Shown: in pieces, positions 27,677 through 36,663 of the stretch
How the letters are laid out: each line of letters begins with the position of its first letter
Numbering within the stretch: the first letter of the stretch is position 1
Assembly (NCBI GenBank): GCA_041675145.1
Contig: JBAYUK010000001.1
Location: 312,283 to 376,282 of the forward strand
Length of the DNA stretch: 64,000 nt
Direction of reading: 5' to 3'
DNA from: Patescibacteria group bacterium
GTDB taxonomy: Bacteria; Patescibacteriota; JACPGU01
Position numbers and translations under genes: made by a program
Notes under the pieces: model-generated
Told to the model about the DNA's origin: nothing
Database searches by the model: none
The model's input: only the letters and a program-made list of their open reading frames with translations

Positions 27677-28705
27677 ATGTTTGACCCACACTACACTATT
27701 ACACCGAAGCTACTCGCTAATATTAAGAAAATTACGGTTCTTATCGAGAAGCTTAACAGTGAGGTATACCCCACTGTTGTTTTGGCAGAATTAAAGAGAA
27801 ATGCTTTTTCTCTTTCTTCGTACTCTTCAACTAGCATTGAAGGAAACCCCCTACCCCTATCTGAGGTGAAAATAATACTTAAGAATAATCCAAAGATAAT
27901 TCGGGACAGCGAAAGAGAAGTAATTAACTACAATAACGCCCTAAAAGAGCTGGATATGGTAGTTCGTGAAAGAAAGGGCACTCTCAATTTGGCCACTATT
28001 CTTAATACTCAGAAGATAGTAACCAATAAATTAATAGGCCCGGAGAATAGCGGTAAACTCAGAACTACTCAGGTATATGTAAAGAATCCTAAGCTTAGAA
28101 AAATTATATATATGGCGCCACAGGCGCAAGACATACGTCACCTACTAGATGACCTCATACAGTTCGTTAACTCAAGCAAGGATATAATTGACCCACTTAT
28201 TTTGGCCGGTATATTTCACAAACAATTCGTTATTGTCCATCCATTTACTGATGGCAATGGAAGAACAGCTCGCCTTATAACTAAGCTCGTGCTCGCTAGT
28301 ATGGGGCTTAATACCTTTAGTCTCTTTAGTTTTGAGAACTACTACAATCAACACATTGAAAAGTATTTTAATACCGTTGGAGTTGTAGGCCACTACTATG
28401 ACGAAAAAGATACAATAGACTTCACTCCCTGGTTAGAATACTTTACTGACGGCATCATAGACGAGCTACTAAGAGTACGTGCTATCCTTAAAAAACAAAA
28501 AAAATCTTCTGAAACAGTTCTTAAACCGCACCACGAAACTATTTTGTACCACATCACAAAACATGGGTTTATTACTGACCGTGAGTACGCTCGTATCACT
28601 TCCCGCGCTAAGCCCACTCGCCACCTCGACTTCAAAAAGCTCATTAACCTCGGTCTTATACAAAAGAAAGGGAACGGGAGAGCAACCATCTATATTGTAC
28701 GATAA
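27677..28705 (+). CDS. fic: Fic-family protein (adenylyltransferase/AMPylase type) with an N-terminal inhibitory motif and a C-terminal wHTH
   Basis: The Fic motif HPFTDGNGRTARL is present. The inhibitory helix motif STSIEGN fits (S/T)xxxE(G/N). Confidence 0.85.
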   Translation: MFDPHYTITPKLLANIKKITVLIEKLNSEVYPTVVLAELKRNAFSLSSYSSTSIEGNPLPLSEVKIILKNNPKIIRDSEREVINYNNALKELDMVVRERKGTLNLATILNTQKIVTNKLIGPENSGKLRTTQVYVKNPKLRKIIYMAPQAQDIRHLLDDLIQFVNSSKDIIDPLILAGIFHKQFVIVHPFTDGNGRTARLITKLVLASMGLNTFSLFSFENYYNQHIEKYFNTVGVVGHYYDEKDTIDFTPWLEYFTDGIIDELLRVRAILKKQKKSSETVLKPHHETILYHITKHGFITDREYARITSRAKPTRHLDFKKLINLGLIQKKGNGRATIYIVR

Positions 28706-28753
28706 AAAAGAAATATAGATTAATGGGATGAATATCGCGTATAGTATCTCTAT

Positions 28754-29407
28754 ATGACAGACCTTTTTATATCCCAACCTGACTTTCTTGTAACCTTTGT
28801 GGTCTTTGTACTAAGTATTACCCTGCATGAGGCAGCTCATGCATGGGCTACTACTCGTTTTGGTGACACAGATGCTAAAGAATCTGGGAGACTTACTCTC
28901 AACCCCATCGCTCACTTTGAAGCAACCGGGATTATCACCTTTCTGCTGCTCGGTTTTGGCTGGGGCAAACCGGTACCTACTAGCGGTAACCTTTCCAAAC
29001 TAGATACCGTAAAGGTTGCCCTTATTGGTCCGGTAACTCATTTAGTGCTCGCCTTCTTCTTTGGAATCCTAACGGCTGTTAATATCCTCCTCATTAATCG
29101 TGGTATCTATACCTTTACTGCATATTCCTGGATTTTCTCACTTGGCTTTTCTCTCAATATTACTTTGATGTGTGTAAACCTCATCCCTCTCCCACCACTA
29201 GATGCTTCCCATATCCTGGAGATGCTCCTACCTAAAGAGAAAGCGCAAACTTTTTTCCGTTTTGCGCCCTACGCCCTACTTGCTTTGTTGCTATTCCAAG
29301 TAGTAACGGGTAACTTATTTCTACTCACCCCCTTCTTTACATTTGTATATACTGTTGGTAATTCCCTACTTCATGGTATACTTGCTTTATTCAGCATCGG
29401 TTTCTAG
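28754..29407 (+). CDS. site-2 protease family (M50-like) membrane metalloprotease
   Basis: HEAAHA (HExxH) lies in the first TM, and LDASH is downstream. Polytopic membrane protein. Confidence 0.7.
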   Translation: MTDLFISQPDFLVTFVVFVLSITLHEAAHAWATTRFGDTDAKESGRLTLNPIAHFEATGIITFLLLGFGWGKPVPTSGNLSKLDTVKVALIGPVTHLVLAFFFGILTAVNILLINRGIYTFTAYSWIFSLGFSLNITLMCVNLIPLPPLDASHILEMLLPKEKAQTFFRFAPYALLALLLFQVVTGNLFLLTPFFTFVYTVGNSLLHGILALFSIGF

Positions 29408-29422
29408 AAAAACAAACACAAC

Positions 29423-30346
29423 ATGGAAATAACTTTTTTGTACTGGGCAATAGTCATTGGCGCCGGCGTGGCGTTCTTTTTCGTGTACCGTAAAAAAGAA
29501 CCCGGGAGCGGCCTGAAGACTGAAGGGTTCATGAAAGACCTAACCGCCCTGGCCCGTGAAGGCAAACTCGATCCTGTTATAGGACGAACACAAGAAATAG
29601 AGCGATCTATCCAGATCCTCACGCGGCGCTCTAAGAACAATCCGATTCTTATCGGTGAAGCCGGAGTCGGTAAAACCGCTATAGTAGAGGGTCTTGCCCA
29701 GCGTATAATAGCAGGTGAAGTTCCTGAAGAGATTATTGGTAAACGAGTCCTCTCGGTAGATATTACCGCGATGCTCTCGGGCACCAAATACCGTGGAGAG
29801 TTTGAAGACCGCATGAATCACTTACTTACAACCGTACAGGAAGCAAACCGCGGGATTATTCTATTTATCGATGAGATTCACCAGTTAGTTGCAGCCGGTG
29901 CCTCTGAAGGAGCTATAAAAGCCGAGGACATTATCAAACCAGCTCTCTCTCGTGGAGACTTACAGCTTATCGGAGCCACTACTCCTCCTGAGTACAATAC
30001 CTATATCAAGCATGATGTTACGCTAGAGCGTCGTTTTCAGCCCGTGATTGTAGGAGAGCCAAATAAAGCAGATACTCTCGCAATCCTTAAAGGTATCGCT
30101 CCAAAGTACGAGTCGTATCATAATGTTATTTTAGAAAAAGGCGTCCTTGAGACAATTGTTGTAAAATGTGCTACACTACTCTCAAATCGTCGGTTTCCGG
30201 ACAAGGCGATCGACATTCTAGACGAGGCGTGTGCCCGTGTAAAGCTTGCTACTATTGGAGAGAAGAGTACCAAGACCAAGCCACGCGTCACCAAATCCGA
30301 TGTATTGGCAGTTATTTCTTACTATCGCAATATCAAAAAAATATAA
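29423..30346 (+). CDS. membrane-anchored single AAA+ module homologous to ClpB/ClpC NBD1, with no N-domain, M-domain or NBD2
   Basis: N-terminal TM, then [47 protein letters not shown] (Walker A), [10 protein letters not shown] (Walker B) and RRFQPV sensor. The ORF ends right after the D1 small subdomain. Confidence 0.7.
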   Translation: MEITFLYWAIVIGAGVAFFFVYRKKEPGSGLKTEGFMKDLTALAREGKLDPVIGRTQEIERSIQILTRRSKNNPILIGEAGVGKTAIVEGLAQRIIAGEVPEEIIGKRVLSVDITAMLSGTKYRGEFEDRMNHLLTTVQEANRGIILFIDEIHQLVAAGASEGAIKAEDIIKPALSRGDLQLIGATTPPEYNTYIKHDVTLERRFQPVIVGEPNKADTLAILKGIAPKYESYHNVILEKGVLETIVVKCATLLSNRRFPDKAIDILDEACARVKLATIGEKSTKTKPRVTKSDVLAVISYYRNIKKI

Positions 30347-30359
30347 CTAAACTAATGTT

Positions 30360-30977
30360 ATGGCAAAAAAGACTCTCACCAGAACCAAAACCCGTGTCAC
30401 CACCAAGACTCTTACCTTGGTTGCATTGGGTTTTGTAGCAGCAGCGGCACTTTACGGTGTTGTTGTGACTCAAAAAAAAGGAATAGTAAGTATCAGGTAT
30501 CCGCAACCGTACACCACCCCTATTACCAAGCCGTATACAAACCCATATACGAGCCCATACACCCCACCGACACCAAAGCCCGTCCTTCCTGACCTCACCT
30601 TCATGAATTCAACCGTTACTATGCTCGGAGCTGGTGGTGGACTGTATCCATTCCTGGGAGTCCTCATTAAAAACGATACCGAGATTATTAAGCCACAGGG
30701 CAGATCTATGCCGGCCTTTATGATATATGTATACATCAACAACAGCCGTTCCCCACTCACTCTCAGCAGCACATCATCAAAGCGCGCTACCACCGAGACT
30801 GAACTCTTAAATAAGATTAATCTCTCAGACTATATTGGTCAAACCATTAAGGTGAAATTCGTAATTGACCCAGGCAACTATGTATCAGAATCAAATGAGA
30901 GAAACAACACCATGGAACAGACTATTACTGTTCCTAAGACTAGCAACTTCCAGTTTACTGGAACCAAAGTCTACTAG
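30360..30977 (+). CDS. membrane-anchored protein with PY-rich repeats and a CARDB-like domain
   Basis: N-terminal TM, then PYTTPITKPYTNPYTSPYTPP repeats and a C-terminal ESNERNN motif typical of CARDB. Confidence 0.5.
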   Translation: MAKKTLTRTKTRVTTKTLTLVALGFVAAAALYGVVVTQKKGIVSIRYPQPYTTPITKPYTNPYTSPYTPPTPKPVLPDLTFMNSTVTMLGAGGGLYPFLGVLIKNDTEIIKPQGRSMPAFMIYVYINNSRSPLTLSSTSSKRATTETELLNKINLSDYIGQTIKVKFVIDPGNYVSESNERNNTMEQTITVPKTSNFQFTGTKVY

Positions 30978-32707
30978 TTTCCAAGTCTTGTAAGGAGATC
31001 AGAAGCGGGAGTAAAATCCCGCTTTTGCTGTAAAGCAGATAATAAACACTCACGAGCCTTGGCATTGTCTTTAAGGTCAATGTAGGCTTGAGCCTCTTTG
31101 TACAATATATACGGGCTTGTAGGGTCAAGTAGGTGTGCTATTTCAAAGTCAGCAATCGCCAAAGATGCCATTCCTGCTTTTACTTTTACATCCGCTCGGA
31201 TGGTATAGTTTTCGGTGTAGTGAGGGTTGAGTTGTACTGCACGATCTGCAGCCACAAGCGCCCCTGTAAAGTCTCCCAGATCAGCACTGCGCGTTGCAAG
31301 TGACCCATAGTACACATCCCTGTAAGGGAAAACAGCAATCGCTTGCTCGATCTTTCCAAAAGACAAGAGCAGATCGGCTACATATACTCGGGTGGTAAGC
31401 ATTACCGAACCAAGAGACAAAAGCACACCAACTAGCAACAAGGATGCTGGGACACGCCGCGGTACTGCCCGGACCTTAGTATTACCTATCCCTATGGCTA
31501 CTATCATCCAAAACAGAAGGAGAGTAGCGCTTGTTGGAAAGCTAAATAAGTGATTTACGACATACATCACAATAACAGAAGTAACAAGAATAGAAACCCG
31601 AGAATCTACTCCTTTTGTAAACTGTTGCCGTATACACACAACCAGGAAGATAAGGTACAGAGCAAGGCCCAGCAGACCACTACCAAAGGCAATCTCTAAA
31701 ATATCCGAGTGGGCACGATCAAACCTAAAGGCCCATTCAATATGGTCATTAATCCTCCTCGGCCTAAACTCTGGAAAGACATAGAGCAGGGTATCTGGCC
31801 CATACCCTAGTACTGGGCGGTGTAGTATGGCATCTGCGGTACCTGACCAAGCCAGGAGACGCAATGAAGTAGTTCCTTGCAAAGTCTGTTCAGTTGTCAG
31901 CTCAGAAAAGTTATGCGAGTTGAAGCGACTTGAGATTGCCGGTACCTTGTATATAAATAAAGTGATAGCAAGAATAAATACCGTTCCAGATAGCACCATC
32001 TTTTTCTTGTGATGGCGCAAAAAGTAGAATCCTGTCAGTAGAGCTGAAACTACCATAGCAATGATAGCGGCCCGAGAAAAGGTCGCTAACACTGCTACTA
32101 CGGACAATATAGAAATACCCATCCACATAAACCGCCACACCCCCTCTTTCTTTTCTGTTGCAAGGTAGATAGATACCGGTATAGTAACAGAAACCCAAGC
32201 AGCTAAAAAATCTGGCTGGCCAAATGTACCATACAGCCTTTGAGAGAAGAGATAGTGGTAGGCGCCCTGCATTCCAATACTTATCACGCTCGTGACAAGT
32301 GCAGTAAGGGCAATAACCTTTAGAAGAATGGTGTTGTACTCAGGGTCGCGGTGAGCACTATCCACCCAGATAAGAGACAGGAGAAACATTAAAGTAAGCT
32401 CGAGCACTCCACCAGAGAAACGGAAGTAGTTTCCAAGCAGACTCGTAAGTGGATGCACGGAGAATAGTAGGGCAATCCACTGGGATAGGAGAAATACAAA
32501 AGCCGCAGTCAAAGCACCTGACCGCGGCAGATAAAATGTTCTCGTTTTGATAAGTTCAATACAGGTAAGAAACAATACTCCTGAAGAGATACTATAGAAT
32601 AGATAGGCTTTTGGTATCTCAAACCAATCGTAGGAGATCGGCAAAACCCAGACCGGCAACAGAAAGACCAGTAGCAGAATAAGCCAGGTACGAAGCTTCC
32701 CTATCAT
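30974..32707 (-). CDS. O-antigen ligase / O-antigen polymerase family membrane protein with C-terminal TPR repeats
   Basis: About 10 TM segments with a Wzy_C-like loop, and a C-terminal TPR-like region (AIADFEIAHLLDPTSPYILYKEAQAYIDLKDNAKA). Confidence 0.65.
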   Translation of the reverse strand: MIGKLRTWLILLLVFLLPVWVLPISYDWFEIPKAYLFYSISSGVLFLTCIELIKTRTFYLPRSGALTAAFVFLLSQWIALLFSVHPLTSLLGNYFRFSGGVLELTLMFLLSLIWVDSAHRDPEYNTILLKVIALTALVTSVISIGMQGAYHYLFSQRLYGTFGQPDFLAAWVSVTIPVSIYLATEKKEGVWRFMWMGISILSVVAVLATFSRAAIIAMVVSALLTGFYFLRHHKKKMVLSGTVFILAITLFIYKVPAISSRFNSHNFSELTTEQTLQGTTSLRLLAWSGTADAILHRPVLGYGPDTLLYVFPEFRPRRINDHIEWAFRFDRAHSDILEIAFGSGLLGLALYLIFLVVCIRQQFTKGVDSRVSILVTSVIVMYVVNHLFSFPTSATLLLFWMIVAIGIGNTKVRAVPRRVPASLLLVGVLLSLGSVMLTTRVYVADLLLSFGKIEQAIAVFPYRDVYYGSLATRSADLGDFTGALVAADRAVQLNPHYTENYTIRADVKVKAGMASLAIADFEIAHLLDPTSPYILYKEAQAYIDLKDNAKARECLLSALQQKRDFTPASDLLTRLGN

Positions 32708-32880
32708 TATTCACCCTTCTGATATTCATGAAATCCGATCACAGCAAACATAAGACCAACGAGACACCACATAATTCCCTGGCGTAAGCTCGTTGCAAAG
32801 CCTAAGAATCCATTCATAAGAAAGAGCATACCAATTATCCAATACCAAAGTGGGGTGAGTGAATCAGGGATCTTTACCAT
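32707..32880 (-). CDS. small 2-TM membrane protein (~57 aa)
   Basis: MVKIPDSLTPLWYWIIGMLFLMNGFLGFATSLRQGIMWCLVGLMFAVIGF. Its stop overlaps the ligase start (TAATG). This is the track ORF trimmed past the upstream gene. Confidence 0.3.
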   Translation of the reverse strand: MVKIPDSLTPLWYWIIGMLFLMNGFLGFATSLRQGIMWCLVGLMFAVIGFHEYQKGE

Positions 32881-32903
32881 ATATGTTTGTTTATGAGTAA
32901 CTA

Positions 32904-34043
32904 TTATGCGTATTGAACCAGTTTCTTGTGCCATACATTCGACAACGTACCCAGCGCGGCACAGACTACAATACAGTAGGCAATCCACCCTATTACCGGG
33001 ATAAGAGCTAGAATAAAGAGTAGCACCATGCCAATAAAGGCAGTGCGCCACGAAATCGCAACCTTCTTATCTTTTCGTAGCTTCTGGATAACTACTGATC
33101 CGAGAAATACTGCCGCAAAGAGATTCGCAAACATCATCATAAGGATATATGTGAGGAGCAGAATCACTGCAATCGGCATTCCGATCATAGTCACCATAAG
33201 GATTGCCACCACAATCGGCGTCACAACGGCCACCAAGAACCCGCGACCCGCTGACTGCCAAAAGTTCTTCTGAGTAGTTTCAACTATCTCAAGTGACTTC
33301 TTTGGCATGAATGAAACGAGCACAATAGCAGTTACGGCAAATGCAAGGAGCTTCATGAGGGTAAGAAGAGACAGTGAAGCAACAACATTACCCGCCCTGT
33401 TATGAGTACGAGACACAGGGTTCTGAGTAGTAGTACCCTTAATAACTGCCCCCTGAGAAATTATAATCGGGCTCGTAGAACTATACGTTAGGTTGCCGGC
33501 TATCACCGCACTTGAACCGATTGTAATACTCTCTGCGTTAATCTGGGTGTTTCCTGTCACCATACCGTTAATGACAACATTGCCACCATCTACGGTAAGC
33601 GTTCCTTTTACAGGAGCATCCAGTGTTACCTCTCCACCAGCAAGGCGAGCATCTCCTCCGATATCTGCTGTCGAGATCACATGAATGGTGCCACCCGCGA
33701 GAAGAGCGTCTCCGGTGACAGGACCAGAAACAGTGACATTGCCACCAGCGGCGCGAAGATCGTCGCCGATTATTGCTCCGATTGTAACCGTACCTCCAGC
33801 TGCCATCACATCCTGGCTCACGTTTCCTGAGATAAATAGATTACCGCCAGCCGCTACGAAGTCGCCAACGATATCACCTAAGCTAGCAATATTACTACCC
33901 GCTACGTACACATCATTAACAATCTTTTCTTCCGTCTTAATAGCGACCGTGTCGCCCCCTCGAACATCAGCAGCTAAGATAGCCGTTGGAAGTGCGAGCA
34001 TTACGATCAAGGACGTAAGACTTACGAGGTACTTTTTTTGCAT
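32904..34043 (-). CDS. secreted beta-helical repeat protein (bactofilin/DUF4097-like repeats) with a C-terminal 4-TM anchor
   Basis: Signal peptide, then about 18-residue repeats AAGGNVTVSGPVTGDALLAGG..., then a hydrophobic C-terminal domain. Confidence 0.5.
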   Translation of the reverse strand: MQKKYLVSLTSLIVMLALPTAILAADVRGGDTVAIKTEEKIVNDVYVAGSNIASLGDIVGDFVAAGGNLFISGNVSQDVMAAGGTVTIGAIIGDDLRAAGGNVTVSGPVTGDALLAGGTIHVISTADIGGDARLAGGEVTLDAPVKGTLTVDGGNVVINGMVTGNTQINAESITIGSSAVIAGNLTYSSTSPIIISQGAVIKGTTTQNPVSRTHNRAGNVVASLSLLTLMKLLAFAVTAIVLVSFMPKKSLEIVETTQKNFWQSAGRGFLVAVVTPIVVAILMVTMIGMPIAVILLLTYILMMMFANLFAAVFLGSVVIQKLRKDKKVAISWRTAFIGMVLLFILALIPVIGWIAYCIVVCAALGTLSNVWHKKLVQYA

Positions 34044-34113
34044 AGGAAATATTACGAGTATGTATTAACTGTATTGTATACAGCTACGCTCGATATAGCA
34101 AGTAAAAGGCTTG

Positions 34114-34797
34114 TTATTTTTTGTGTGGAACGAGGATATCGTCTACGACCTGTCCGTCAGCAATCTTTACGATTCTGTGAGTCATTTGCGCATACTCAGA
34201 TTCGTGAGTGACCATAACTATCGTTTGTCCCTCCTGATTGAGCTGCAAGAGTGCCTCCATCACATCCAGCGAGCGCTCGGAGTCTAAACTTGCTGTCGGC
34301 TCGTCAGCAAATAAAATCTTTGGCTTGTTTACAATCGCCCGCGCTATCGAGACGCGTTGCTTTTCTCCTCCCGACAACTGCGAAGGCAGGTTGTTTTTTC
34401 TTTGGTCTAGCCCAAGCTTTGCCAGAGCCTGTAATGCTTTGCTATATGCTTCTTTTTTGCTCATCCCGAGCATAAGCAAGGGTACTGCCACATTTTCGAT
34501 GGCCGTTAACTCAGGAAGCAGGGCGTGGTCCTGGAAAATAAAACCAAGGTAGTTTAGGCGAAAGTTGATCCGCTCATCGTCAGAGAGAGTTTCGACATTA
34601 ATGTCGTCGATAATAATTTTTCCGCTTGTAAACTGATCAAGTAGCGACAACTGATAGAGCAGTGTTGATTTACCCGCCCCTGATGGCCCGATAATAGACA
34701 CAAATTCTCCGGTCTTAATGACAAGGTTAATACCTTTCAGCACCGTAATCGGCACTCCTTCTGTAAATGTTTTGACTATATTATGTGCTTCAATCAT
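34114..34797 (-). CDS. ABC transporter ATP-binding protein (MacB/LolD/FtsE-type)
   Basis: GPSGAGKSTLL, LSGGEKQRVSIARA and ILFADEPTASLD. Confidence 0.85.
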   Translation of the reverse strand: MIEAHNIVKTFTEGVPITVLKGINLVIKTGEFVSIIGPSGAGKSTLLYQLSLLDQFTSGKIIIDDINVETLSDDERINFRLNYLGFIFQDHALLPELTAIENVAVPLLMLGMSKKEAYSKALQALAKLGLDQRKNNLPSQLSGGEKQRVSIARAIVNKPKILFADEPTASLDSERSLDVMEALLQLNQEGQTIVMVTHESEYAQMTHRIVKIADGQVVDDILVPHKK

Positions 34798-34801
34798 ATA
34801 G

Positions 34802-36085
34802 TTACCGTCCTAGAATTGAATCGAGGGTATTCTTTTTAATAATGTTCCTGGCAGGAATATACCCTGCAATAATGGTGGTTATCATAATCAGTAACACTCG
34901 AATCCCTGTCTCCAGTGGCTCGGCCACCAAGATACCGTCAGAAAACGGGAAATCGATTGGATGTACATCAAAAAACGGCTTGAGGAAGAAGTACAAAAGC
35001 CCTAACCCAATGAGAGTACCTACCGTAGCATAAAAAAGAGAAATTAAAATATATGAAAACTCTATGGCGGCCGGACGGATACCAATTCCTTTTAAGATTC
35101 CAATATAGCGCTTACGAGTGACTGCATTAATGAAAATAACAATAAAAATCGTAATTGAGGCAACGGCCAAGCCAATTAACCCGATCATAGAGCCCAGTGC
35201 CGAGAATGTCTGGGTAATTTGCTTAAAGAAGCTTCCCTGTGACTCTTCCCAGGTCTGAACCAGCGCCCATTGTGAGACTCCTGACTTAACGAGATCTGCC
35301 TTCACTTTCTCAGGCGTTACACCAGGGCGAATTTTCACCGCAATCTCATCGGCATTCGCCTCGTCCCGACCGATAAGGCGCACGAGCTCACGACTGGTCA
35401 TAAATATTCTGCGATCAACGGTGTCTATCTTACTGCCAAGTACTCCCTTTACCGTCACTTCATGGGTCACATCACCTATTTTAAGTAACACTCGAGATCC
35501 CACTTGTACACCATCGACCGTACCGGTACCTGCAAAGTCACCTTGAGAATACTGAGAAAGCAGTGACTTTCCAATTAATATACTGTCCGTATCTTTCTCA
35601 GTTAAATACTCACCAAACTTCAATAGATGAGACAGCCCGGTGACTGCATCCTCTTTCTCAGGGTCAATACCTGCCACCTGCGCTCCGGCTTCGTCGGCTA
35701 AGATGTCAGGCTTACGGGTTTTCTTGTAGTCGCTTTGGATCTTTCCCCCTACTAAATAACGAGGGGTATACGAAACGACATCAGGGAGCGTCTCAATAAT
35801 TGAAGTAATTTGTTGAGTCTTTTCGATATGTACCTTCTCGGTTCTGGAAGCAATTAAGATGTCTGCTGAGTATTGGGCGCGATACGCGTTACTTGACCCC
35901 ACAATCAAACCCACTAAAATACCGTTAATTACTACGAGGTTGAGAAACGTGAGAGTCATAATAAAGACAATCAGCCCTGTCGTCCAGAAGCTAGTTCTGC
36001 GCAGTTGCCGTGATGCCAAAAAGTACCCCAGGGAAAGTGTGGTACTAAGGGTACTGGTGTTCTTGTATGCCTTATCTGATTTCAT
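34802..36085 (-). CDS. ABC transporter permease (FtsX/MacB-type) with a large periplasmic domain
   Basis: N-terminal TM, a roughly 250-aa extracytoplasmic domain and three C-terminal TM segments. Adjacent to the ATPase. Confidence 0.8.
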   Translation of the reverse strand: MKSDKAYKNTSTLSTTLSLGYFLASRQLRRTSFWTTGLIVFIMTLTFLNLVVINGILVGLIVGSSNAYRAQYSADILIASRTEKVHIEKTQQITSIIETLPDVVSYTPRYLVGGKIQSDYKKTRKPDILADEAGAQVAGIDPEKEDAVTGLSHLLKFGEYLTEKDTDSILIGKSLLSQYSQGDFAGTGTVDGVQVGSRVLLKIGDVTHEVTVKGVLGSKIDTVDRRIFMTSRELVRLIGRDEANADEIAVKIRPGVTPEKVKADLVKSGVSQWALVQTWEESQGSFFKQITQTFSALGSMIGLIGLAVASITIFIVIFINAVTRKRYIGILKGIGIRPAAIEFSYILISLFYATVGTLIGLGLLYFFLKPFFDVHPIDFPFSDGILVAEPLETGIRVLLIMITTIIAGYIPARNIIKKNTLDSILGR

Positions 36086-36212
36086 TACGACAGTATAGCA
36101 GAACTAGCTGGTTTTTTCCTAGTATGTAAGAAACACTACACTAGCGGTCTTGTTTTACAACCCCTTGGCGTGATGTATACTGGATAGTATTATACAGAAC
36201 AAACCTTCTCCT

Positions 36213-36662
36213 ATGAAACCATACATCCCCGCTCTTGGTATTGCCGGTATTGTTCTTGTTGCCTTTACTACCTGGCATTTCATAAATCCTGAAACAGATG
36301 ACTTAACGCCAGATCCTGTACCAGCCCCTACTCAGACCAATGTGCAGCCAGAAGAAAAACCAGCACAAACCAATACAGCTACCATAGACACCAGCTCACA
36401 GCCACAGATTCCAACGAGCACACAAAAGACCTATACTATGGCAACTGTCTCTCAACACAACACAGCTACTGACTGCTGGATGGTTATTGACGGCGCAGTA
36501 TACGACCCGACTTCTTTTATCCCGCAACATCCAGGCGGAGACCAAATTGTGCTCGGTTGTGGCAAGGATGCTACGAGTTTAGTAACGGGACAACGAAAGC
36601 ACATGAAGCCCCAGGCTCAGGCTATCTTTGATGCATATAAAATAGGGACACTTGCTCAATAA
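36213..36662 (+). CDS. membrane-anchored cytochrome b5-like heme-binding domain protein
   Basis: N-terminal TM and a Pro/Thr/Gln linker. The C-terminal cyt-b5 motif reads DCWMVIDGAVYDPTSFIPQHPGGDQIV. Confidence 0.65.
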   Translation: MKPYIPALGIAGIVLVAFTTWHFINPETDDLTPDPVPAPTQTNVQPEEKPAQTNTATIDTSSQPQIPTSTQKTYTMATVSQHNTATDCWMVIDGAVYDPTSFIPQHPGGDQIVLGCGKDATSLVTGQRKHMKPQAQAIFDAYKIGTLAQ

Positions 36663-36663
36663 C

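Noticed and set aside
29423-30346. The TM-anchored ClpB-NBD1 protein as a simple pseudogene fragment
   Set aside because: It has a clean ATG with an upstream RBS-like stretch, an N-terminal TM helix not found in ClpB, and intact Walker A/B and sensor motifs. It ends at a natural subdomain boundary, immediately followed by an unrelated gene. A frameshift explanation cannot be excluded without reads.
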